From positions 1-64,000 of the forward strand of contig CAWAPJ010000025.1 of assembly GCA_963783885.1 (NCBI GenBank): a stretch of DNA of 64,000 nt. Direction: 5' to 3'. Positions 25,675 through 35,752 of this stretch are shown in pieces (the stretch's first letter is position 1; each line of letters begins with the position of its first letter). This stretch comes from Waddliaceae bacterium. Its GTDB lineage: Bacteria; Chlamydiota; Chlamydiia; Chlamydiales; SLFE01. A model generated the notes under the pieces. It did no database searches and was not told the origin of the DNA. It saw nothing but the letters and a program-made list of their open reading frames with translations. Both the position numbers and the translations under genes were made by a program.

Positions 25675-27807
25675 CTACCAGAATCTTTGGTTGTAGATGG
25701 TTTCGTAGAGGCGGCGGCCGGTAGAGGCGCGGTAGCCGACGTCGCGAAGCCAGGCCGATATCGAATAATTCCAACGCTTGCGGCAGCAGTAGGTATAGAA
25801 GAAATCAAGCGGCATGCTGATGCCGATCCCCTTGTCGAAATAGATCTCCCCATTGACCATGTCGTGGCCGTTGGTCCTGGTATACCAGCCGAAGAGTTCC
25901 AGGCCATTTGAGAAATAGCGGGTGCATTCGCAGCGGATGCCGACATCGCGGGCCAGGAAGCGGCCGATACTCATCTTAAACCTCGTCTGCCAGTCCTGCA
26001 TATCATAGTAGAGATCGACAAAGTATTGCAGGCCTGTAAAGGGAACATATGTCGGTACAAAGCCGTCAAACTTGCGGATGGTATTCGTAAAGCCGAGTCC
26101 TGTCGTCGTCCTTTTTTTCAGGAGGGCGGCTTCAAAACCGGCGGCAAAACAGCTGTTTACAGGATAGTAGAGAACTTCGACAGCGGCGCCAATGTAGTTT
26201 TGCTCAAAGTAACCGAGCGACAGTTGTCCAAACCAACCGTGGGATAAGTTGACGTTTTTTTGCAGATACAGCTGGTCGAAAGTGATTCCTTTTTGTTGAA
26301 AATAACAGACGAGGTCTGTGTGGACATTGATGAGCTGCGAAGGGTTGAGCCTATCGACCCCGATCATGTCTTCCAGTTTGGTAATGCCGATCCATCCTAC
26401 TTGGAACTGATAATAAATGTCATAAGGGAGATAGCCGCAAATTCCGGCGCTAAGGCCGAGGGTGTATTTGAATTTTCCTGTTGTGCTGCCGAAAAAGGTG
26501 TGGGCTTTTGGCAGCAGTGTGAAACAAAAGAGGGACCTCTGCTGTTTAAAAATCTGCTGCGTCGAGCATGTGTCGGGATTTTGCACTTCCTGCACTGGAC
26601 TGATCAGGTCGAGTTCCGAGTTCCCGATGCAGCGCCCTGCGTACATTTGAAGAAAACAGTTGTGGTAATGATATTCCTGAACGGGAAACCCTTCAGCTTC
26701 GAGAACGACGACGACTTTGTCGATATTCGAGGGGGTCAGGTTTCCGAGAATGTGGTTGATGCGGCATCTCACCTGACTTTCAAGAAGATAACGGCAGTTA
26801 TAAATGTTTAATCTGAGGACTCTCCGGCAGCACTCATCCATTGTCAGATAAGCCCCCAATAGCTCAAAGCCCTGTTCTCCGAAGGCGTAAACGAAGTCTT
26901 GCACCGCAACTTCTTCCGGCCTCAGCCAGCCGATGCGTTGCGTATTCTTCGGAGCGTTGTATGGCAGGGGATCGTCAATTTTCGGCAAAAACCCTTGAGT
27001 CTTTCCAAAATTATAGTAGGTCGAAAGTGCAAACGAATATTCTTCTCCGCGGACATAGCTGGCCATGAGATCGAACGTGTTCCACAAACGGTATTTGAAT
27101 CCGTAGTTGACTTTGGATTTTTGATTGCGGCCGTCGGGGTGAGGCTCTCTTTCGGGATTTTTATAGTCTATGGCGTCATATTCGATTGTCAGGGACAGGT
27201 TTCGGAAGGGCGAGCACCACGACCGGCCAAAAGGATACCAGAGCAATCCTCCGAACCACTGCTTGATGCGGCCGCTGCCGTAGCCGACGCTGATTTCGGC
27301 ATTGAACTCGGGAAGAACCTGGGTAGCGACGATATATTGCGACTCGAATGCCCTGGTACCCAGAAAATCGTCCCACCCAATTGAAATTCCGGGGAGAATA
27401 TAATCGGAGTCTTCAGGGCGTATCAGAGCCAGTTTTATATTCGCTCCTTTGTCGGAAAATTCTCCAAAGCCCATATGTCCGAAAACAGGATCCAAAATGC
27501 CGCAGAATACGCGGTAGTTGGCAGTCACCTCGAGATTTTCAAAGATCTGGGCCCGGGCATTCCAGTTTCTGTACGGAGGTACTTTGGAAAAACCCAGTCC
27601 GATTTCCCCTTCCTCCCCCATCAATGCCGAGGGCATGTTGATATACCCTCCCTGAAGAGTGTTGTTGTAGGTTGTGGGATAACGGTATTCAAGCTGTCGG
27701 TTGACCCAGTCGACGATCATCAGGTCCCGCAAGAGCTCTTCATTGGCCGAAAGATAGGCGCAGCCAACAAACAGGTAAATAAGTAGTAATGATTGGACAA
27801 GCTTCAT
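25675..27807 (-). CDS. YjbH-like outer membrane / exopolysaccharide-associated protein, Cys-rich
   Basis: Signal peptide; GGYINMPSA, DFLGTRAFESQYIVAT, GRFLARD.G and FDKGIGISMPLD segments resemble the YjbH family. Confidence 0.75.
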   Translation of the reverse strand: MKLVQSLLLIYLFVGCAYLSANEELLRDLMIVDWVNRQLEYRYPTTYNNTLQGGYINMPSALMGEEGEIGLGFSKVPPYRNWNARAQIFENLEVTANYRVFCGILDPVFGHMGFGEFSDKGANIKLALIRPEDSDYILPGISIGWDDFLGTRAFESQYIVATQVLPEFNAEISVGYGSGRIKQWFGGLLWYPFGRSWCSPFRNLSLTIEYDAIDYKNPEREPHPDGRNQKSKVNYGFKYRLWNTFDLMASYVRGEEYSFALSTYYNFGKTQGFLPKIDDPLPYNAPKNTQRIGWLRPEEVAVQDFVYAFGEQGFELLGAYLTMDECCRRVLRLNIYNCRYLLESQVRCRINHILGNLTPSNIDKVVVVLEAEGFPVQEYHYHNCFLQMYAGRCIGNSELDLISPVQEVQNPDTCSTQQIFKQQRSLFCFTLLPKAHTFFGSTTGKFKYTLGLSAGICGYLPYDIYYQFQVGWIGITKLEDMIGVDRLNPSQLINVHTDLVCYFQQKGITFDQLYLQKNVNLSHGWFGQLSLGYFEQNYIGAAVEVLYYPVNSCFAAGFEAALLKKRTTTGLGFTNTIRKFDGFVPTYVPFTGLQYFVDLYYDMQDWQTRFKMSIGRFLARDVGIRCECTRYFSNGLELFGWYTRTNGHDMVNGEIYFDKGIGISMPLDFFYTYCCRKRWNYSISAWLRDVGYRASTGRRLYETIYNQRFW

Positions 27808-27914
27808 GAGAACTCTAAAAATAACTCATCAAGCATAACAAACTAATTTCAGAATGCCTACTGAAAAAGGTAAGCATTCAGCCATTGCTGTGAATTTATT
27901 ATTTGAAAAATTTC

Positions 27915-28003
27915 AACGCGGAGGCGCGGGGTCGCAGGGATGCGGAGAGAGGAATGAAACTAAAAACAGCCTCCAAAACCCTGCGCCCCCGCGCCTCCGC
28001 GTT
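27915..28003. repeat. GC-rich REP-like inverted repeat
   Basis: AACGCGGAGGCGCGGGGTCGCAGGG ... CCCTGCGCCCCCGCGCCTCCGCGTT in an AT-rich intergenic region. Confidence 0.75.
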
Positions 28004-28080
28004 AAAATTTTATGAAAAACACTTATTAAAAATTGATTGTAAGCATTCTGCGATCCTGTACATCTTGGTAAATGATTACA

Positions 28081-29463
28081 TTATTCTAAGACTTCAGCGG
28101 CGTAGCTTCGAAGGCCGTCTCGGATAATTTCGACCATTTCCATCTTGGAGGGGCAGACGAATGTAGCCGGGCCGAAATCTTCGGGGGCTACCTCAAGAAG
28201 GCCGTACTGCTCGGCAAGATCGAAATCTTCGGCCATGACCGATTTGACAAGGTGCATAGTGGGAATATTCATCGGCATGACATTGTCATAGGGCTTGGCA
28301 ATGATAAACGCCCGGTGTTCGCCGTGAAGGCTGGTTGTGAAGTCGTACTCGCGGTTTGTGTTGTCAAGGTATCCCGAAATGTAGGTTTTGCTAGCGGTAT
28401 ATTTATCAATTCCCAGACGGAAAAAGTGGAGAAACTCACGGGAAACGCTAACAGGGATGGCGCAAAACTCGAAATCATAAAAGCCAAGGAAACCGTCGGT
28501 TTCGACTTTTGTTCCCGTATAAATATTTCCTGATACAAACCGCATGCGTCCTTTATGCACTCTTCCGGCGATGAGATTTTCCACAGGCGAGCCTGTTCTC
28601 ACTTTAAAATAGCCGGTTTTCTCCGGCAAAATTCCCGGACCGGCGATGCTGACAACCCGCTCATTCAGATATTTTCCAGTGCGCAGGAGATGGCCGATGC
28701 AGACGGCGTCATAGGCGGTGAGTGTCCAGACGACATCTTCGAAATGATTGATCGGTGAGATAAAATGAATGTGAACCGAGGAATTGCCAATGGGATGAGG
28801 ACCTTCGGTTGTGTGTTTTTCGACTCCCTGGGCATCAGTGAAAGCTTTGCAGTCCGATCCCGATGGATAGACCAGGTGAACAGGTCCTTCGGTGAGTTTT
28901 GCCAAAGCAAAAAGTCCGGTTTGAAAATCTTCTTCGCGTCCGGCAATATGCATTTCCGCCGGCGGGGCAAAAGGGGTCGAAGCAGAGGCGTTCACAAATA
29001 TGCATCGGGGAGTTTTGGCTGTATCTGCTGTGATATCGAATGGGCGCTGGCGAATATGGGGGAAAAGCCCCCCCTCTTTCATCCTCAGGAGGATTTGTTC
29101 GCGGTTTGTCGAATCGACGTCAAGGGGATTAAACTCGTGGTTCTCCTCGCGCTCGGAGACTTCAATAACAACATCGAGAAGGCGTCTTTTTAAACCCCGG
29201 CGGACTTCCTTGATGACTCCTGCGGCGGGCGAGACGAAAAGGCGTCCTTCGCATCCTTTGTCTTCAATGATCGGCTCTCCGATTTTGACAACTTCGCCCG
29301 CTTTTCTCAGCAGGCGGGGCTTGCTTTCGTAGAAAGGGTCGAAATTTAGAGAAACTAGCTTGGGTTTGACGTCGCGTCCATTCGCCTCAAGCCGTTGGAC
29401 TGGTCCTTCAGGCTTGCCTATAATGGGAATGTCGAGCCCTTTTTTAGTCTTGATTTCTGCCAT
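28081..29463 (-). CDS. nqrA: Na(+)-translocating NADH:quinone reductase subunit A
   Basis: IKTKKGLDIPI.GKP, FVSPAAG and EVAPEDFGPATFVCPSK motifs. Start set at ATG 29463. Confidence 0.92.
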   Translation of the reverse strand: MAEIKTKKGLDIPIIGKPEGPVQRLEANGRDVKPKLVSLNFDPFYESKPRLLRKAGEVVKIGEPIIEDKGCEGRLFVSPAAGVIKEVRRGLKRRLLDVVIEVSEREENHEFNPLDVDSTNREQILLRMKEGGLFPHIRQRPFDITADTAKTPRCIFVNASASTPFAPPAEMHIAGREEDFQTGLFALAKLTEGPVHLVYPSGSDCKAFTDAQGVEKHTTEGPHPIGNSSVHIHFISPINHFEDVVWTLTAYDAVCIGHLLRTGKYLNERVVSIAGPGILPEKTGYFKVRTGSPVENLIAGRVHKGRMRFVSGNIYTGTKVETDGFLGFYDFEFCAIPVSVSREFLHFFRLGIDKYTASKTYISGYLDNTNREYDFTTSLHGEHRAFIIAKPYDNVMPMNIPTMHLVKSVMAEDFDLAEQYGLLEVAPEDFGPATFVCPSKMEMVEIIRDGLRSYAAEVLE

Positions 29464-29509
29464 AGAATCATAAATTACTCGATTCTGGGCATTATAGGCA
29501 AGCAGGGTC

Positions 29510-29965
29510 TCAGGGTTTCGCTTCACCGAAAAGGAGAAACTTGATTCCAATTGCTGCGACAGCGCCTAGACAATACGCCGGCGCTCCTATGAAAAACCCG
29601 ATGGCAACGCCTGTTAGTATAATCACTTTTACAACGCCTTCCGTTTCGAGATACTCGTTAAAATTGCGAAGCCAGTGGATGACTGTGTCGGCGAAATAAA
29701 ATCCGGCAACAGCTCCGATGATCAGTCCACCCCAAAAGGCCTGAAAAAATAACAGGATGATTCCAATGAACAGGGCGACATAGGCCAGGGTGTCTCTGGT
29801 ATTGGTTTTGGCAAAGGTATAGACTTTTTGAACATGCTCGTGTTTTTTTAACTCTTCAAAGCGTCCGGAAATTTGTTCGTGTATGGGCTTTTTCTTCTGC
29901 TCGCCCTCTTTTTCAGCTTCGGCTTCTTCGTCGGGTTTTTGTTCGGGTTCTTTAGGTTCTGTCAT
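29510..29965 (-). CDS. Hypothetical membrane protein upstream of nqrA
   Basis: 151 aa, charged N-terminus followed by two hydrophobic hairpins; AGGAG SD upstream. Confidence 0.7.
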   Translation of the reverse strand: MTEPKEPEQKPDEEAEAEKEGEQKKKPIHEQISGRFEELKKHEHVQKVYTFAKTNTRDTLAYVALFIGIILLFFQAFWGGLIIGAVAGFYFADTVIHWLRNFNEYLETEGVVKVIILTGVAIGFFIGAPAYCLGAVAAIGIKFLLFGEAKP

Positions 29966-30194
29966 AAGTTGACTCCTTTTTAAATCTAAGGATATAGTAG
30001 CATATATTTGAATTTTTCGTAGAACCTAAACATAATTTATTGAATCTTAATGTTTTTATTCTACACTCAGCGGAGCTGGAGAGGCATTTGCCTTTAATTT
30101 AATTTAGCGACTATAATTGCGGTAAATATATATAATAAGGGACTTGCAGTCTCAAGAAAATACTAATCAATTAATTATTAGGAGTTTGTGAAGT

Positions 30195-31535
30195 ATGCCT
30201 AAAAAGTGGCTAATGCTTCTTACCTTTGGCATTTCGGGATTGGCGCTCTTTATCTTGTTAATTGCAGGGGGAATGTCTTTTTCTCGGCCTGCGTCTATTA
30301 CCGTTTCCGAGGCAAAACCGAAACCTCGCCTGCTGCCAACGAGCGCTTTCCGTTCACAAAAATCAGGATACGACGCTATAGGAACCACTTTGTTCACACT
30401 CAAGTTCGCCCCTCCCAAGATGCAGCTTCCCGATTTGAGAAAACTACTGACTTATTACGGACCCAACGGCCGGCCGGACGCGAACATCGACTCCAATGCT
30501 GTTCATTTCGGACTGGCCAACAATCAAGAGCAGGGCAGTGTTTCGGAGGGCGAAAGGCTTTATTTGCTTTTTGATAGAACCCAGCTTCCGCCCCGCTATG
30601 TGTTCAGCCCCGCCAACAGTCCGACAACCCTTTGGATTGAATCGGAACCCGAAGACAAATCCGCAAATATCTCTGTCTATATGGTCAACGAAGAGGACGA
30701 AATCGTTCAGGAGCCGGCAAGCAGGGCCAAGTTTTCTTTGGCTCAAAAAGAATTTACTAGATTCAACCGCGGCAAGCCGTGGAATATCGGCTCAAACCGT
30801 GTCGATGGCACTTTATTGGCCCGCCAAAAAGCCAAGTGGTATGGCTCGGACAAGTTCTTCGAGAGACACGGCGGCGAGGAGTACAGCGAGGAAGGGAAGA
30901 AACAGCGCATAGATTTTGGAGAAAATGAGGGGACCTATTCGGTTTTTCTGGAAGAAGGAGATGTTCTTATCTGGGATGAAACCAGATGGATGGAGGCCAA
31001 ACCGGGAGCCGATACCTTTGGGAAGCCTCTGATGCAATTAAAAAAAGTGGCCGAGCGTCTTTTGACATTTGAACTCTGGAATCCGGACGGCTCGAACAAA
31101 GTGGCATTGAACCTGCTGAAAAACAGCGAACGGTGGCTGCCAGAAAAGCTCAAGCAAAACTTCAAATTTATATCAGCAAGAACCCGTTCCCAATATATTT
31201 TTGAAGTGGACAAAGAAAGAATGACGCTCGTCCCCAAGGATTGGCTTGTCAAAACGGAAAATGGATGGGAGAAACTCGACACCGTCGATGAAATCGATGC
31301 TTATGTTCAAAGAAAACTTCAAGGCCCTTTGTTTGTCTTTGACGGGGTGGAGAATCAGGGAGACAGGCAGGTGCTGGTCGGAACGCTTTTCAACGCCTCA
31401 AGGACCGATATGAAGCAAGTTGAGCTCGATGTTCCTCAATCAACGATTACGGTAATCACTTTGCCCAAAGTTACCGACAGAATGGTGGGCAATGGAAACG
31501 AAACTGAAATTAAGGCTCATTACAATGAAAATTAA
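30195..31535 (+). CDS. Chlamydial T2SS-associated protein preceding gspD
   Basis: N-terminal TM anchor, AGGAG SD, overlaps the gspD start. Confidence 0.7.
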   Translation: MPKKWLMLLTFGISGLALFILLIAGGMSFSRPASITVSEAKPKPRLLPTSAFRSQKSGYDAIGTTLFTLKFAPPKMQLPDLRKLLTYYGPNGRPDANIDSNAVHFGLANNQEQGSVSEGERLYLLFDRTQLPPRYVFSPANSPTTLWIESEPEDKSANISVYMVNEEDEIVQEPASRAKFSLAQKEFTRFNRGKPWNIGSNRVDGTLLARQKAKWYGSDKFFERHGGEEYSEEGKKQRIDFGENEGTYSVFLEEGDVLIWDETRWMEAKPGADTFGKPLMQLKKVAERLLTFELWNPDGSNKVALNLLKNSERWLPEKLKQNFKFISARTRSQYIFEVDKERMTLVPKDWLVKTENGWEKLDTVDEIDAYVQRKLQGPLFVFDGVENQGDRQVLVGTLFNASRTDMKQVELDVPQSTITVITLPKVTDRMVGNGNETEIKAHYNEN

Positions 31536-34035
31536 AATGTTCATGTTATTCATCATGGCTTTTTGCACCGTGGTTCAGGCGCAAACCATTGCTGAAAAGA
31601 AAAAAGGACTGGCCAAAGGGGTTACCGACTTGGGGCCGAAGCTTGAAGCGGAATTGATTGAGGTGAATCAACAGCTTCAGCTGAAAAGGGAAAATTTAAA
31701 AGAGCTTTACGCCGACGTTGACGAGCTTTACAAACTCGAGGCTCCTGAAGAATGTTTCGAAGAGCTTGTTCAATCGATCAACAAAACGCGAAGCGAAATC
31801 AGGGAAATCAACCAAAAATGGCAGGAGATTGCCAGCCAATCGGCCAAAACTGACATTTACGCCCTCTGGCATCAGCCGGAAGCGACAATTGATCAGCTTG
31901 TCATCGACTATGGCTCTCAGGACTTTGTATATGTCATGCCTCCGAATATCGCCGAAATGAAAATCAGCGTCAATTCGAACATACCCATTCCCCAAGCTTC
32001 TTGGGAGACAATGCTCGATCTGATTCTGACTCAAAACGGTATCGGAACTCGTCAGCTGAATCCCTTTTTGCGCGAGCTATATCTTCTCAATGAAGAAAGC
32101 AGCCCGGTCAATTACATAACAGACAATCCCTCTGACCTCGAATACCTTCCTCAAAATCAGCGGATCGCTTTTCTGATCACCCCCGATCCCTCAGATGTCC
32201 GCAGGTCCTGGACTTTTCTGAACAAATTTATCAACCCCATGACGACAAAAATCGAACAGGTCGGCAGGGAAATCCTTATTGTTTCACAGGTCGGCGAGAT
32301 TCAGGATTTGCTCAAGCTTTATAACTTTGTCGCGACGACTAAAAACACCAAAAGCTATAAGCTTGTCCCACTCTCTAAAATTAAAGCGGAAGAAATGGCG
32401 AAAGTCATTTCAGCCATGTTCGACCAGATGTCGGAAGAGGCAGTCGTTTTTGAAAAAGGGAAAACCCCTCCAAAACAATCCGGATCGGACCTTGTCAACG
32501 GGCTGAAGATTATCATATTGGACACACTGTCCCAGGCTGTCTTCCTTGTGGGAACCGAGGAGGAAATCAGAAAAGCCGAGCAAATGATTTGCAATATCGA
32601 AAGCAAAATCGGCGGCGGACGGGAAAAAGTGATCCATTGGTATCGCGCCAAACACTCCTCTGCAGAAGAGCTTGCCGATACTTTGCAGCAAGTTTATATC
32701 GCTATGGTGACCCAAAGGATCGGATTGGCCGTAGGGCCGAGGCAAAACGGACTGCCCCCCTATCCCGGCTCCGACGTCAATCAAAATGTCAATTTCAATG
32801 AATTTGAAAGGCCTGAAGAACCTTTCCCGATTTTCAACGACAACTACTATGTTTACGGAGAACCGGTTGTTTACGCTCCTCCGATAGATCCGGCAGCGGC
32901 TGTCAACGAACCGCCTCCTCCCCAAAAACAAAACCCCAACTTCATTGTCGATGAGAAAACAGGTTCGATTATCATGGTTGTCGAGAAGGAATTGCTCCCC
33001 CGCCTCATGGATATCATTTTCAAACTCGACGTTCCCAAGAAGATGGTACAGATCGATGTTCTTGTATTCGAAAGACGCACGAGAGAGCAGACCGATTACG
33101 GCCTCAACCTCCTCAAGATCGGCGGCTGCGCCAGCCAGACAAGGCTAACCTGCATTGACTGGGACCAACCGGCGGCGCTCGGCCTCTTTGAATTTTTGCT
33201 CAGCCGGCCCAAAACTTGCGGAGGATTTCCCGCGTTTGATCTGGTTTACAAATTTCTGCTGACTCAGGAAAATTTGACAGTCAATGCCAACCCGTCGGTA
33301 GTGACGATCAACCAAACTCCTGCCGAGATCAGTATCCGGGAGGAAATTTCAATACAGACAGGAATCAACTTCATCGCCACCACCAATGCCAATACCCCGC
33401 AAGATACGTTTAAGCGGGAACAGTTCGGGATTACAATCAAAGTGACGCCGACAATCCATCTGTGGAACGAGGATGAAGAGTTTATCGACGGCGACGATGT
33501 CGACTATATCACTTTGCAAACCTATATCAACTTCGACACGATCGAACCCACACCCCAGTCTCCAAGCCGCCCTAATGTTTTGCGAAGGGAGCTTGAAAAC
33601 GAAGTGCTCATCGCCGACGGACAGACGGTGGTTATGGGCGGCCTCAGAAGAAAAATCAGCAATGACGCCAAACAGTCGATTCCCTTTTTCGGCGAAATTC
33701 CCGGATTTGGAAAATTGTTCAGCATGAATGAAATGGAAGACAGGACCACCGAGTTGATCATTTTCATGACTCCGCAGATCATCCACGACCCGTGCGAGGA
33801 TATCGAAAAAATCAAGTTTCAGAAAGTCAGCGAGAGGCCCGGCGAGCTGCCCTCCTTTTTATGCCGCCTAAACGAGTCTCTCGAGTGCTATCAACGCCGC
33901 GCGTTTGCTCAAACGATCAAGATTTTGTGCGGCAATCCCCACACCCACTATTACCCGACGCAAATCGGATGTGTTCCCGCGCCCGTTAAACGAGGGGAAT
34001 GGTCCTGCTTTTGCGGAGACTACGATGGACGTTAG
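31525..34035 (+). CDS. gspD: Type II secretion secretin
   Basis: Signal peptide; LDVPKKMVQIDV, GITIKVTPTI, DGQTVVMGGL, IPFFGEIPGFGKLFS and TELIIFMTPQII motifs. Confidence 0.9.
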   Translation: MKIKMFMLFIMAFCTVVQAQTIAEKKKGLAKGVTDLGPKLEAELIEVNQQLQLKRENLKELYADVDELYKLEAPEECFEELVQSINKTRSEIREINQKWQEIASQSAKTDIYALWHQPEATIDQLVIDYGSQDFVYVMPPNIAEMKISVNSNIPIPQASWETMLDLILTQNGIGTRQLNPFLRELYLLNEESSPVNYITDNPSDLEYLPQNQRIAFLITPDPSDVRRSWTFLNKFINPMTTKIEQVGREILIVSQVGEIQDLLKLYNFVATTKNTKSYKLVPLSKIKAEEMAKVISAMFDQMSEEAVVFEKGKTPPKQSGSDLVNGLKIIILDTLSQAVFLVGTEEEIRKAEQMICNIESKIGGGREKVIHWYRAKHSSAEELADTLQQVYIAMVTQRIGLAVGPRQNGLPPYPGSDVNQNVNFNEFERPEEPFPIFNDNYYVYGEPVVYAPPIDPAAAVNEPPPPQKQNPNFIVDEKTGSIIMVVEKELLPRLMDIIFKLDVPKKMVQIDVLVFERRTREQTDYGLNLLKIGGCASQTRLTCIDWDQPAALGLFEFLLSRPKTCGGFPAFDLVYKFLLTQENLTVNANPSVVTINQTPAEISIREEISIQTGINFIATTNANTPQDTFKREQFGITIKVTPTIHLWNEDEEFIDGDDVDYITLQTYINFDTIEPTPQSPSRPNVLRRELENEVLIADGQTVVMGGLRRKISNDAKQSIPFFGEIPGFGKLFSMNEMEDRTTELIIFMTPQIIHDPCEDIEKIKFQKVSERPGELPSFLCRLNESLECYQRRAFAQTIKILCGNPHTHYYPTQIGCVPAPVKRGEWSCFCGDYDGR

Positions 34036-35752
34036 AGAGTGGTATGAGGAGGGCAGAAAATGGCTGGAAAAACTCGCCAAAAAGCCTTCAGAGAAACGGG
34101 TCCCTGAAAAAGATCCGGAGGAGAATGCCGCCGGGGGGCTGAGCATCGGAGACGAGCTTGTGCGGCAGGGAGTTCTCGGAGGCGATGATGTCAGCGAGAA
34201 TTTAGCCAAACAATTCGGCATGCCGATCATTAAAGACGCGGCCATGATCAATCTCCCCCGCGAGCTTTACAAAAAAGTTCCCTACAGCTTCGTAAAAAAA
34301 CACAACGTCATTCCTATCGACAAAGACAACGGGGAAGTCGTTGTCGCCGTTTCCGATCCTCTCAATTTAGAACCTCTTGAAGAGCTGCAGATGATTCTCG
34401 AAACACCCGTAAGGGCCGTCTACAGCCCCAAAGATGTCATTTTATCCGCAATCAACGACTGCTACAATACCGAGCACGGCGCGGCCTCGCAGCTTCTTGC
34501 CGACCTTGGAGAACAGGAAGGGGAAGGAGAGGGCGAGACGGATTTTGAATCCTACGACCTTCTCGACGATACATATGAACACTCGCCCATCGTCAAGCTT
34601 CTCAATTTGATCCTGACAGAAGCAATCCAGCAAAACGCTTCGGATATCCACTTCGAGCCTTTGGAAGATTCTCTCCGCGTCCGTTACAGGATCGACGGCG
34701 TTTTGCACACGAGGCACACTCCCGCCTCTGAATATCAATCGCAGCTTTTGACTCGGATCAAGGTGATGGCAAAATTAGATATCGCCGAAAGGAGGCTGCC
34801 CCAGGATGGCCGGATCAAGCTCAGAATGGGAAGGCGCGACATTGATTTTCGGGTGAGCACCGTTCCGATAGTCAACGGCGAGAGGATCGTCCTCCGAATT
34901 TTGGACAAAGGGAACATAACGCTCGGACTCAATCAGCTTGGCATGCTCGATTCCACTTTGAAAGAATTTAGAAGGCTCATCCACCTTCCCGAAGGAATCA
35001 TTCTGGTTACCGGCCCCACCGGAAGCGGAAAAACAACCTCTCTTTACAGCGCCGTCAGCGACCTCTATTCCGAAGAAACAAATATTATGACCATTGAAGA
35101 TCCGGTGGAGTATAATTTAAAAGGGATCGCCCAAATCGGCGTCCGTCCTAAAATCAACCTCACGTTTGCGGCCGGTCTGCGTCATATTCTCCGGCAGGAT
35201 CCCGATGTTGTGATGGTTGGAGAGATTCGGGATCTGGAAACAGCTGAGATCGCGATTCAGGCCTCTCTTACCGGCCACCTCGTGCTGAGTACCCTGCACA
35301 CCAATGACGCTCCGTCGGCGATTACCAGGCTTGTCGACATGGGAATCGAACCCTATCTGCTATCTTCTAGCGTTGTCGGCGTGATGGCCCAGCGCCTTGT
35401 CCGGAAGATTTGTCCTCGTTGCAAAGAATCCTACCACCCGACCGATGAAGAGCTGAAAGGGATCGGAATTGTTCGCGGCATGATCCCCGGAGGAAAACTT
35501 TATAGGGGAAAAGGATGTCCCGATTGCTATCAGTCGGGTTATCAGGGGCGCCACGGCGTTTACGAGCTGCTGACGATAAACAGTTTTTTGCAGCAGCAAA
35601 TCGTTAAGAGTCCCGATTCTGTTCAAATGCGGCAGGAGGCAGTCAAGCATGGGATGGAGACGCTTCGCTGCCATGGGGCCGAGCTAGTTCTTCAGGGTAT
35701 TACGACAGAAGCGGAAGTGCTCAGAGTGATAAGAGGAGTGGATGAAGAATAA
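34025..35752 (+). CDS. gspE: Type II secretion ATPase
   Basis: ASDIHFEP, LDIAERRLPQDG, GPTGSGKTT, LRQDPDVVMVGEIRD and a tetracysteine motif. Confidence 0.95.
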   Translation: MDVREWYEEGRKWLEKLAKKPSEKRVPEKDPEENAAGGLSIGDELVRQGVLGGDDVSENLAKQFGMPIIKDAAMINLPRELYKKVPYSFVKKHNVIPIDKDNGEVVVAVSDPLNLEPLEELQMILETPVRAVYSPKDVILSAINDCYNTEHGAASQLLADLGEQEGEGEGETDFESYDLLDDTYEHSPIVKLLNLILTEAIQQNASDIHFEPLEDSLRVRYRIDGVLHTRHTPASEYQSQLLTRIKVMAKLDIAERRLPQDGRIKLRMGRRDIDFRVSTVPIVNGERIVLRILDKGNITLGLNQLGMLDSTLKEFRRLIHLPEGIILVTGPTGSGKTTSLYSAVSDLYSEETNIMTIEDPVEYNLKGIAQIGVRPKINLTFAAGLRHILRQDPDVVMVGEIRDLETAEIAIQASLTGHLVLSTLHTNDAPSAITRLVDMGIEPYLLSSSVVGVMAQRLVRKICPRCKESYHPTDEELKGIGIVRGMIPGGKLYRGKGCPDCYQSGYQGRHGVYELLTINSFLQQQIVKSPDSVQMRQEAVKHGMETLRCHGAELVLQGITTEAEVLRVIRGVDEE

